Assembly (NCBI GenBank): GCA_010093815.1
Contig: ML996571.1
Origin: Pseudovirgaria hyperparasitica
Lineage: Eukaryota
Direction: 5' to 3' (one strand)
DNA: 64,000 nucleotides
Shown here piece by piece: positions 37,813 through 49,400 of this stretch (position 1 is the first letter of the stretch; every line of letters begins with the position of its first letter). The position numbers and the translations under genes are program-made. The notes beneath the pieces were generated by a model that searched no databases, was not told the DNA's origin, and saw nothing but the letters and a program-made list of their open reading frames with translations.

Positions 37813-38370
37813 GCTATTTTTAGATACACCTACTATAAAGTAGATTCCTCATAGTAACAATACTAGAATATACCACAAATAATCTCATTAGAATATACAT
37901 ATATACAGTACTAGAGCTTTAGTCTAGAGACATTTCAGGTATATTTTAGGTAGCGAAGTGTCCGTAGACTCGGGCCTTTTGTCTAGCGCCCGCTAGCGCC
38001 CTCAGAAAAAACCACGTCGAAATTCCACCTTTTGCGACATAATTAATTATTTAGATCCTTAATCGAAATCTGGCTTAGCTAGTTCTAGATATGGCTGCGT
38101 TGTATAATTCTAAATACTTTTTATAACCTGTAGCGCCGTCGTCGCAGACGAGCAGGCTTTACAAGCTTAAGAACTCGCACGTCTCGGCCTGGAGTATTGT
38201 TTATCCGGGCGTGCCTTACAAGCTTATATTCAAGACTGCCTGTAGTCTGCCGGCCGTAGGCCACCCTAGTTATACTAATAAAGACATATAGTAATAATCT
38301 TAGTAAGACACTAGTAGTTATATACTACAGCGGCATTACTTAGTAGTATAGGAGTCTAGACAACTAAGCC
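37813..38370. mobile_element. RIP-type degenerate relic (TA/CTAG-rich)
   Basis: High TpA content (tactagaata, ctagagctttagtctaga, ctagtagttatatac) with no coding capacity. Confidence 0.55.
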
Positions 38371-38696
38371 CCTAATACCACCTCTACAAGCGATAACCCA
38401 TACCAGACTATACCACACACCCAAGACCCCAAAACCACCACCCCGACACCCTCACACGCAAACCACACCCAAACATGCAAGGACTCCCACCAAGATCCCA
38501 CCAATCCCCTCATTCTCCAGGATAGGTAGGTAGCAGTAGAACCCATCAGCCAAACCGCCCCAGCCCCGAAGGCCTCCTCGGAAACCCTATCCCAAAAGAA
38601 AACCAGTCAGCACAAGCACAAAATCCAACACAAGCACCTCAGAGCCCAGAGCTCGAGAGACCAAAAGAGCAAGAAGAAAGAAAGAAAACAAACTCA

Positions 38697-39559
38697 CCAG
38701 CAAACCCCCACCCAACCGCCCTCCAAACCTCATACCCGCCTCCCCCCTCCTCCAGGCCCCCTTCCTCAGCCCAAGCCTCCGCCAAACCCCCCCTCAACAA
38801 ACCACCCGACCCACCGCGCGCTCACCCCCGGCCCATCCTCCCGAAACACCCGTATCCCACGCCCCGCCAAACCAGCGCAGCAAAAGCACAATATCAAACG
38901 CATCGCCCGCCCGCTTCGCCGCACTCACCCGCCTGCCCATCACACGGCATTTATCCGCCTGCAGCCCGCACGGGGTGCAGCACGCGTGCCTGTGCACCTG
39001 CGTGCTCGACTATCAGCGTGGGTGTGTCTGCGGAGAAGGGACCGTGGAAGAGGGCGGGGGGCGTGAGGAGGGTGATGGCGACCGGGGGCGTGCTGGGGGT
39101 GGATGTGTGGAGTTTGGGGTGAGGAGGATGTCGAGGGCGGGGGGAGAGGAGGAGGGAGAGGGCGGCGCCGCCGACGATGGCGTGGGGGATGGAGGAGGAG
39201 GTGAGGAGGGTGGAGAGGAGGGTTGCGGCGGTGTGGATGGGGGGGGGGGGGGGGGGGGGTTGCGGGTTGGGGGGGATGGTGGGTGGTTGGGAGAGAGTTG
39301 GTTTGGAGAGTTCGGTTGCGGAGGGTTTGGATGGTTGTGGTGTTGTGGGTTGTGGGTTGTTGGTGTTGGCTTGAGGGCTTGGTGCGGTGGCGGCGGAGGA
39401 GGAGGATGGTGTGTTACTGGACTGTTCGGCGGGTGCTGGGGTGTTTGGAGATGCGGCGGTAGGAGCCTGGATAGGTTCTAGTTGGTAGCTGAATGGGACA
39501 TGCTTGCCGTCGTCTGTGGAGGTGTTGTTATTGTTACTCTCCGCTGAAGCATCCGACAT
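38697..39559 (-). pseudogene. Frameshifted nucleotidyltransferase-like gene (3' boundary uncertain)
   Basis: MSDASAES... Pro-rich N-terminus, then IPHAIVGGAALSLLLSPR. The ORF stops at VLHPVRAAGG*, but the adjacent frame continues LQADKCRVMGRR..AKRAGDAFDIVLLLRW. The expected DxD motif is not visible. Confidence 0.55.
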
Positions 39560-40624
39560 GACGGGCTGGCGTGACAAAGGAATATTTCGCTGATTTCGGT
39601 TGTCGTAGGGGTAGAATGAGCAGTTCAGAATGCGAACAGTAGAATGATAATTTAGAGTGACGATCAGAGAGGGGGACAGTAGATTCAAACCAAGCGAGGT
39701 TTATAAGATAGTTGGCTGCCTAAAACATGTCGCTCTTGGCACTTGAGTTTACGTACCTCTCTTCCTTCTCAGGCTAATTAACTCTAGCTAGCTCTTTGGC
39801 AGCCCTAATTATCTACTATACCAAACATAGGTTGATAAGAGTCGGACAAGGTCGTGGATTCCACATTCTCCTCCACCCCGAAATCCTCTAATGTAGTTTC
39901 TAATAGAAGCTTTACGTTTCACGATAGACCTCCTAAAATTACATCTCCTATCTAGAACACCTCCTATCTAGAATACCTCCAAGACCACTTATTTTTTTTC
40001 AAGACCGAGCGCTTCGGATCGAATTGGCCAAATAGTATAGACTGTCTGCTAAAGCTGTTGCCTAATCTTAAATAGCGCGTCTAGGCTGGCCCCTTTTACA
40101 ACCATGGATAGCATTTCTTATAGGTAGATGTAATAGTAAGTAAGCTAGCGCGTATCCGAGTCTAGGGGTACCCATCTACCCACCTACTTTACCTAACCTT
40201 TATCTTTACCTTACCTCTACCTTCCCTCCGAGCATGAGACTAGCGAACAGCTACCCTTTTACCAGGTCCTTAAGTATATACAGTACTGCCATGCTACTAC
40301 AAACAAAGGAGTGTGTTTCCGCATGGTCATGGTCATGGTATAGAACAATACGCCCTCCTCGTAATCTCCCTGCATCTCTCTATGAATAAACGTGACTAGA
40401 CGGACATGTATACATATCCAAACTACCACACCCCCCCCCCTAGATCCGGTTTAAATAACCTCTTACTCTCCCTCTAGTTCTTGAGCGTTCTAAAGTACCC
40501 CTCTTGGCACACCTGAATGCGCTCTCTGTTTATTTGGCTGTTTATCTTGTCTTGAGAGTGTAAGCTGTGGAATGCGGTGCTGGGGGTGGGATGCGGGGCT
40601 GTGTACTGTATACTATATATATAT

Positions 40625-40707
40625 ACGTACATACGTACATACATACATACATACATACATACATACATACATACATACATACATACATACATACATACAT
40701 ACATACA
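40625..40707. repeat. (TACA)n microsatellite, about 20 units
   Basis: Direct reading. Confidence 0.95.
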
Positions 40708-41356
40708 TAAAGACATACACACATCCATACAAACCATTCACTCTCTTACTTACCCACTTAGCCAGACTACCCTCCTATAACCCCCCGCCCCGGCGTAGCG
40801 GCATATAGATATATAACCCTACCCAATCCATTCCTATATCTAAACATCTAGTCAAAGTAGAAACACCGATAGGGAGGGGAAGGGGGGGTTATATACCGGG
40901 GATGGTGTGTGATATCTGTTGAGGGTGGAGATTGTAGGTTGGCGGGATAATCAGCATGGCTTTAATTACTGGTCGTGTTGACTTAGGCTGGTTCTGCCGG
41001 CGGTTTTGAAGCTTCGAACTCTGAATCCGCCTTCTACCGTGCTGGGTGCTGGGTGCTGGGTGCTATATACCGGATCCATGCACCGGCTATACCAAGACGA
41101 TTGCGTATACATATAATAAGCTCATGTGGAAAATTGGAGTTTGGATTAGATTGGGCATGTTAGGTGTATACCGTGTATATATGCCTGACTATATCAAACC
41201 GAGCGAAACATAGGAGTTAGGGTTTAGGGGGGGAAGGGGGGGAAGAGTTTTGATGGTTGTGTATATTTCATATCTTATATCTTATATCTTATATCTTTTA
41301 TATGCCATATATTTCTAGGACGCGGAGATGTGGGAGAATAGGCTGATAGATGGAGT

Positions 41357-42251
41357 TTAGTAGACAAAGTACGCCTGGGTAAGGGGCAATTCGGTCGCGG
41401 GCTCGGCCGCGCATACGACGCCGTCTGCCTCGACGATCTGTTGTTCGAATGTTAGTCAGTCGGTTTAACGAGAGTGTCAGAGTGTCGGAGTGAGATAGGG
41501 GATGTGCGTGCGTGCGTGCGTGTGTACAGAGTGAATAGGGGGGGAGTACGTGGGATGAAACACCCCTCCCCCTCCCAACAGAAGAAGACGACAAACTCAC
41601 ATATCGCTCCGGATCAACCCGCATAACAGGCATCCTATCATTAAACTTCATATCCCGCTTCCCAACGACCCGACACCCCCTCACCGCCTCCACGCGCTTC
41701 CGCAACCCATACCCCGCCACCACCCCGCTCTCCAAACTCGCAGCCGACACGAATGTTACCGACGACCCCGGCGTCAACGGCGCAAACATCGGCCTCATGA
41801 GCACCGGCTCGACGGTCGGAATCGAGGCATTCGCGTCGCCCATCTGCGCATAGGCAATCATGCCGCTCTTAATCACCGTCGCAGGCTTGACGCCGAAATT
41901 CGCGGGGGTCCAGAGGCACAGATCGGCGAGTTTGCCGGGTTCGATGGAGCCGATGAGGTGGGCCATGCCCTGTGCGATGGCGGGGTTGATTGTGATTTTG
42001 CTAATGTAGCGCTTGACGCGGAAGTTGTCTGCGTGCGAGCCAGCGTCTTCGGGGAGCGGGCCGCGCTGGAGCTTGTTTTTGTGGGCGGTGTTCCAGGTGC
42101 GGGTTATGACTTCGCCGCAGCGGCCCATGGCCTGGGAGTCGCTGGACATCATGCTTATGGCGCCGAGGTCGTGGAGGACGTCTTCGGCCGCGATGGTCTC
42201 GGCGCGGATGCGCGACTCGGCAAAGGCAATGTCTTCGGGGATGTCGCGGTT

Positions 42252-42284
<33 letters not shown>

Positions 42285-44362
42285 TTCGTCGAGGGTGTTG
42301 CGGGTGTAGGGGCGGGTGGGGTTTGTGCTGGAGGGGAGGACGTTTGGGTGCTGGACGACGGAGATGATGTCGGGGGCGTGGCCGCCGCCGGCGCCCTCGG
42401 TGTGGTAGGTGTGGATGACGCGGTTTTTGAAAGCGGCGACGGTGCTTTCGACGAAGCCGGATTCGTTGAGGGTGTCGGTGTGGATGAGGGTTTGGATGTC
42501 GTGCTCGTCGCAGACGGTGAGGCAGGCGTCGATGGCGGCGGGCGTGGTGCCCCAGTCTTCGTGGAGCTTGAGGCCGACGACGCCGGCGAGGGCCTGTTCG
42601 CGGAGGGGCTCGGGGGAGGAGTCGTTGCCTTTGCCGGTGATGCCGAAGTTGAGCGGGAGGGAGTCGACGGCTTGGAGCATTTGGCGGATGTGCGTGGCGC
42701 CGGGGGTGCATGTTGTTGCGTTGGTGCCGGTGCTGGGGGGGGCGTGGGAGGTGAGTGTTCGTTCAGGGGGAAGGTAAATGGGGAGTTTGCTTACCTTGGG
42801 CCTGTGCCGCCACCGAGCATGGTCGTGACTCCGGATGCAATGGCCTCGTAGGCTTGTTGAGGGCAGATGAAGTGGATGTGGGTGTCAAAGGCGCCGGCGG
42901 TGATGATCTTGCCCTCGCCGGCAATGACATCTGTACACGCGCCGACAACGAGGTTAGGGTCCACGTTGTCCATGATATCAGGATTTCCAGCCTTGCCAAT
43001 ACCAACTATGATTCCATCCCTGATTCCAATGTCGGCCTTGAAGATGCCAGTCCAGTCGACAATCAGCGCGTTCGTGATGACGGTATCCAAAGTCTCCTTG
43101 TCTAATCGTCCGCCAGCCTGGCCCATCCCCTCGCGAAGAGTCTTGCCACCGCCAAAAGTACATTCGTCACCGTAGTTTGTGTAGTCCTTCTCGACCTTGA
43201 TCCACAAATCGGTGGCGCCGAGTCGCACCAGGTCGCCTGTCGTCGGGCCAAACATGCTGACATATGACTCCCGCTCCATGGTATATGCATCCAGCTGCAT
43301 ATCCGCAGCCGGCTCAGGGGTATGCAGGAAGCCACCGTCCAGCAGCTTCTGCACGATCCCATCGGCAATACTCGTGTCCCCAATATAGCCCGACGCGATA
43401 TTGTTCCCACCGCGGATGATCTGGTTGCCCGCAATCTGCACCAGCGTCACCGTCTTCGAATCGCCCGGCTCGAAGCGAACCGAGGTGCCGGCCGGAATAT
43501 CCAAGCGGTAGCCATGCGCACGCACACGGTCGAAATTGAGCTGCGGATTCGTCTCGATGAAGTGATAATGCGAACCGACCTAGCCCCCCCACCCCTTTTT
43601 CAGCCGCTCGCCCCTCATTCTCATTCGTACAACACCAAGTTCAAAGAAACATACCTGAATCGGCCTATCCCCCATACTCACCACCCTCAAGCAAATCCTC
43701 TTCCGCCCCTCATTCAGCACCACCCGCCCCTTGACCGCCACCACGGCACCCGGCTGCCGCTCCCGCTCATACACGCCCGGATCCGGCAGCGGAAACACAT
43801 CCTGGCTCGGCACGGGCAGGAAACTGCCGTACAGCGCCCTGTCCAGATCGCCGTCGTCGGAGCTGATCGGGTGGTGGACGGTGACGAGATAGGTTCCCGT
43901 GGGAAAGGTGCCTTCGATCTGCAGCTCGGCGAGCGAGTGGACGACGCTGGGCAGGACGTGGCGGCGGCCGAGCATGGTTTTGCCGAGGGACATGAGGTCG
44001 GCGACGGTGTGGTTGCCGTCGCGGACGAGCTGGGGGAGGGGGGAGTTAGTATATATGTGTGGGATATGGATGGTGGAGGTTCAACATACTTCTTGCAGAT
44101 TGTTCGCAATCAGGGCCTGTGTCACATCAAGTCAATCAGTTCCATCTGTCTCCGTGTCAAGGGAAAGACACATGTTCATGCATATCAATTACCGTGGCTT
44201 CAGCATGGTTCAGCTTCACGCCCCTAGCCAGGCGTCGCTGGGCGAGGAGTCCGAGCTGTGTGATGACGAGCTTGTCGAGCTGGACGAACGGACTGGGGCA
44301 TTAGCAGTATTCTTGTCGTGGTATATAAAAAAGTGTCGTACCTCTTTCGGTGCCAGCTGCAT
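41357..44362 (-). CDS. ure1: Urease (fused gamma-beta-alpha)
   Basis: Spliced [45 protein letters not shown], then [60 protein letters not shown] and SSDSQAMGR. The last exon reads [26 protein letters not shown]. Confidence 0.97.
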
Positions 44363-45090
44363 CTTGGTTGATTATTATCCAAAGGTCCAGAATTGCAGCG
44401 CCCACACCGTGTATGCTAAGAATGCTTGAGGATAGTTATATTTATATGGTGTGAGACCTAAGGTCGGCCGATGGATGGCCTGGGGAGAGGGACGAGGAGT
44501 GGGAGAGAGCCCCGCTGATAAGGGAGTTATCAATCTCATCTCGCATCCATGGTTCCGGGACCGGATGGGCGAGGAATTGTGGGGGAGGGGTAGTTACCTA
44601 GACAGGTAGCGGGTGTGAATCTGTAGTTTGGTAAAACGTAGCGCGGGCTTACGGCGGCGGCGGCGGCAGCGGCGGCGTGAATATAGGCTCGTTCAGCCCT
44701 ACGATACAACAATAGAAGCTGTCAAGGTTGAAGCTTTCCAGCTTGTATATAGAGTGCATTGAAATATAAGAAGCCCGCCGCCATACCTAAAAGGCCAGCG
44801 AAATACCCCATGACTGACCACATTGCGAGCTGCTTCTTCTGCAAAGTCCACGACTGTAGTCTACATTCATCCACCGTCCGCAGCATGAACAACGCGGTAT
44901 CAGTTTTTACCCTTCCCTCCCTTATACGCCCCAGCCAGCTGCCACTCAGATAAGAGCCCCGGCGCCACCATTTGACGATACAAACAACTGCGGTACAATC
45001 ATAAGCAAAAAGCAGAGGGGAAAAAAAGCAAATAAGAAAAATGAACAACAGCCCGTACGCCATCTCATCTACACGTGCGCGCGCACACGC

Positions 45091-46477
45091 TCACGCCTCT
45101 GCGGCTTTGCGCTTGCGCTTTCCACCGGCAGCAGGCGTCTCTGGCTTCTCGTCGGCTTTGGCGCCCTTCTTGGCTCGGCTCTTTGTGGCGACGGGGCTGT
45201 CTGATTTGGGAGGAGCAGCAGCAGCAGCCTTCTTGCCTGCCTTCTTCTTGTCAGTGGTGGGCGGGTCAATGGCGCCGGGGGGAGGGACGATTGTGGTGGA
45301 TGGACGAGGCACCTCGATAGCAGCAGCAGGACTCGGCACAATCACACCGTTCTCCTTGCCAGTCTTGCGCCGTTTGGCACCCGCCTTGCCGGCAGACTGA
45401 GGGACGATTGGCATGGGCTCTGGGGCATCGTCTTCATCGCCCTCGGCGTCAGAGTCGGCGTCAAAGTCGGCAGCGATGATGTCGTCGTCAGCGACGGCAT
45501 CGGCATCGGCGTCCTCGCCAATGGCCGCCTTGGTGGCATTGTACTTTTCGACATCTTCCTTGTAGGTGACGAGGTTTTTGCGGTACTCGATTCTCCACAT
45601 CTGAAGTAGTTAGTGCATGTGTGATGCAGGGTGGACCAATTCGAGGGCAGATCAGTTTAGGGCGATGTGACAACAAACTTACCTCCTTCTGTTCTTCCGG
45701 AAGCTCATTCCAGCGACGAGTGACCTCTTCGTTGACGGCGTTTGGGCCAAGCTTCTCACCAGCCACAAGGTTCTTCTCAAGATCACCCTTGACAATTGGA
45801 CGCGCCTTCATGCTGAAGAGAAAGGCGGCGGTGAGAGGACGCTTGGGCGCGAGAGGATCTCTAATCTTCTTCTCCTTCTTCTTCTTGCCGCCCTTGGTGA
45901 GGCCGGTAGTATCGATCAGTGGCTGTTGGCCGAGCGGGTTGCCAAACATGTTGGCGTCAAACTGAGGATTGGGGTAGGCATCGCCGGCGACGAGCTTGCA
46001 ATGCTCGAGATAGGCATTGAGGAGACTGGCGATGGCGACTTGGAGGGAGCTGAGACCGTTGACGACCTGTAGGTAGACTGTGTTAGCGATGCGCGGCGCG
46101 TGATTGCTTTAGGTAGTGGGTTGTTTATACAATCGCATCGGGTGGAGGAGACGCGCAAGTCGAGGAAGCGCGTCCTCGAGTCGAAGCGCGTGCAGAGAAG
46201 GCAGCGTTGATGTGCAGTCGAGAAAAAACACGATGCAGTGAATTGTGGGCGATGGTTGGCGGCGAGAATCAACAAAGCGACGGCAGGGCAGAGGGTAGAC
46301 AGACTCGAGAGCGAAGGGATTCGTGTAGACGTGTCGCAGAAAAGAGGATGGACAGGAAAACAGAAAACTTACACGATCGCGAGTGGTGATGAATTCCTGG
46401 ATAGAGACAGTTTGTGGAATTGCGGTGGCAGCAGGCGTTGGCAGAGGCTCATCTGGTTTGTCTTTGCGGGGCGCCAT
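45091..46477 (-). CDS. HMG-box protein (Hmo1-like) with acidic and Lys/Ala-rich tail
   Basis: KKIRDPLAPKRPLTAAFLF...VTRRWNELPEEQKE-MWRIEY is an HMG box. Start is MAPRKDKP; introns lie at 46067-46372 and about 45601-45682. Confidence 0.88.
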
Positions 46478-49400
46478 GATATCTGGATGATGGTTGATGG
46501 AAGGGCTTCTTCTCGGGGGGGGAGGCAGTGTTTGTGTGGTGAGGTGGTTGGTGGTGGTAGTTGGTAGAGGAGGAGGAGTGTGATGAAGGTGGGAAGAAGG
46601 GGAGGTGGTAGTAGGCGAGGGAGCAAGAAATGGGCGAGTCGGGGCTGGCGAACGGGGGCATGGGCGGGTATCCCTAATCCCCAATCGCTCAATCCCACAC
46701 ACCCACACGCGCACGCAAAAAGCGACCGCCCACCACCCCCCTCGCCTGGACGAAAAGTCTGTCGCGCACCGCCCGTAGCCGACATGCCCTCTATTTTCAC
46801 TTGCTATTATCCACACTATTATCTAGTTGCTGTACCCATACACATCCTCACACACGCGTGCATCGCGCTCTCTCTGGCTACCTACTAGCACTTTTGCTTG
46901 AGGTGCTCGATGTAAACGCGTCTAAAGATCTATACTAGCACAAGCGACTCACAGTCGTTTATATATATACATATACATCTATCTTACAACCTCTATGTGC
47001 TTCAATCAGCAGTCGCTGCCAACGTAGCGTGCACTGTCTGTCCTGTCCACCGCCATATACGACATACCTGGCCACCACCCGGGAAGCTCAAGTAGAGAGG
47101 CTCCCAGTCAGTTAATTAGCGCCTCACGCGCAGAGCCTGCACCCTCACCCTCTTCTGCGCACCACCAATGCCCGACAATCTGCAGTAATTATTAGTCCAA
47201 GTCAAGTTACTGCTACCTTTTTACTGCACCTTGTCCTCTAAGCTCTAATGACTGATAACTGATGCAAGCACCAGCCTGGTCAGTCGAGCCTTTAGCTGAG
47301 CCTGTGAGCCTGTGAGCCAGTGAGCCTAGCTTGCTCGCTCTCTCTCCACGCCTGGCTTGGCTGTCACTCGCCTGCATTTTGTCGCCAAGCTCGTCCTGTA
47401 AACTGTCCACCTAGCCCGCACCATGTCTAGTTAGATGCCCGCAAACCCCTTCTCTCTCATTTCCGCTCTCACCATAATTAACTGCCATGTTGCACCCGGT
47501 AATACCACGCCTAGCATCAAGATCACTTGGTGCCTGCTGCTGCCGCCTTTCCTGTCCACTTCACTCCCTCTGGCTGGCGGCCTCTTGCCTGCACTCCCTG
47601 CACTCACTGCGTCCACGTAATTACTGCAGCCGAGGGACCGTATCTGGGCACTGCACGCTAAATGCTTGGGCTGCCTACCTACCTACACTACCTACACTAC
47701 CTACACTACCTACCTAACATCCATCCATCCATCCATCGTATGACTTCTAGCTGCTCAACTCGCGCGTTCTTACGTCGGAACCCACCAGAGGAGATAGCCT
47801 ACTGTAGGTACGCACTACCTACCACACCCATCTACCATGCCCTCTGCCCTGCCTGCTCTGCTCGTGAGTGCGTATTACTGCACAAGCTCATCTATGCACC
47901 CACGTCCGCGTCCAGCAAGCACTTTTGTTGCGAACTAATCTGCTCTCATACTCACCACATCATCCATTAGCCGCCGTATTGCCTGGTGCGCCTTGTATAT
48001 GCGTGTAGAGAGCGCGATCGTGAAGTCTTTTATATATACTTGAGCCACTGCACACACATCTTTCATTCATCAACGACCATCAGCTACCGAAAGAGGAATT
48101 TGCTATTCCTTTAATTCTTTATTCCGGCTGATCCTGGAGCCATGTACTGTGCTTCTATGATAGCCGAAAACTAAAGGCTCGATAATCTACCTCGAGTCGA
48201 GCATCCATTCTTGGTATCGTGTCGTGTCGCCTCCCGTTTTCTTCTTCTTCTACTACTACTCCCACTACTCCAACTGCGCCTTTACACCAAGAGCCCCCCC
48301 CAAAGCCTACCAGGCAGGTCATGCAATCATATGCCCGTCACGTATGCACACGTCCCCCCTCCACACCCAGAATCTGCCGTACCCAGCCCTACCACCCAAA
48401 CCCATCAAACACAACCGGACACTCCCAGTCTACTTGTACTGGTGTTGTTCCGGCGGAGCTGCAGCTGCAGCAGCACCGGCGGGATGTTGCGCCCCATACC
48501 CATTCATCGGAATCTGCCCGTGATTCGCCTCCACGTCGGGTCGGTATCTGCATGCCACACACCCGTCATTAGTTGATCGCGCCGCCAGACACACTTCGCT
48601 ATGCGACAACGACATGGACATACTTGATATCCTGGAAGAATCTGCAGATGTGGCATCCTACTTCCTGCGCGCCCTTTGTTAGCGGTCGTTGTCCCTCTCT
48701 CTTTCGTCGGATACGCACATGGTACGGCTTGAACGAGAATGGTATTATAGGCTATTGTCGCGACACGGGTGTTGTCGTGTTAGCAAAGCACCCCGAATGG
48801 TCGCGCGCGAGGATCTTCTGCGTACAACAAAGCAAAGCGTGAACCATTGCCTGCGAAAAAGCAACTGTCAGCCAAAACCGCAGCACCTCAAGTCTGCTTT
48901 CAAAAGGCGGCTCTTGCGAAAAAACGCACCATCGCTTGAAAACGTGTGCGCTGACATTCCCGCAGTTCATGCATTGCACCGTGACGTCCTCGTAGCCCTT
49001 GAGTCGGGATGTGAATGCTGATAATTAGAGCATGAGCGCATTATTCCTCCGAAAGAGAGTCGCGCGCGCGTGTTGTGTGTCTGTCTGTCGCTCGCGCGCT
49101 AATGGACTTACTATGTTCTCCACACGTAAAGAAGAAGAATACCATTGTCGGTACTTTGGTAGAGGAGAGTGATTATCGATGCGCCAATAGAGATCAGGGA
49201 AGGGTTGGGAAGTTATATGGATAGAGCAAAGGAAGAGGTAGGAATGTTGGAAAGGTTGTCGCAAGTAGCACAGGGCAATATCCTTTTTGTTTGATTGCGC
49301 AGCGCGCCCTTTTGCCTTCATGGCGAGAGGGTGTGACGACGACTATGCGCATGCCTCATGCCTCACAGCCACAACTGGGAGGAGCTATGGCCTCGACCCA

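Noticed and set aside
25000..40300. Starship-type giant transposon
   Set aside because: No DUF3435 tyrosine recombinase, DUF3723 gene or defined element boundaries are visible.
37416..40510. CTTGGC (PacC-type GCCAAG) sites upstream of the minus-strand island genes
   Set aside because: Hexamers at this frequency are expected by chance.
41216..41232. TTAGGG-like motif suggesting an interstitial telomere or telomerase template
   Set aside because: Only about two imperfect units, lying in a G-rich 3' UTR.
41958..44429. Long antisense and alternate-frame ORFs over urease (also over dld1, MRD1 and the TEA gene)
   Set aside because: These are shadows of GC-rich codon usage, with no protein-like motifs.
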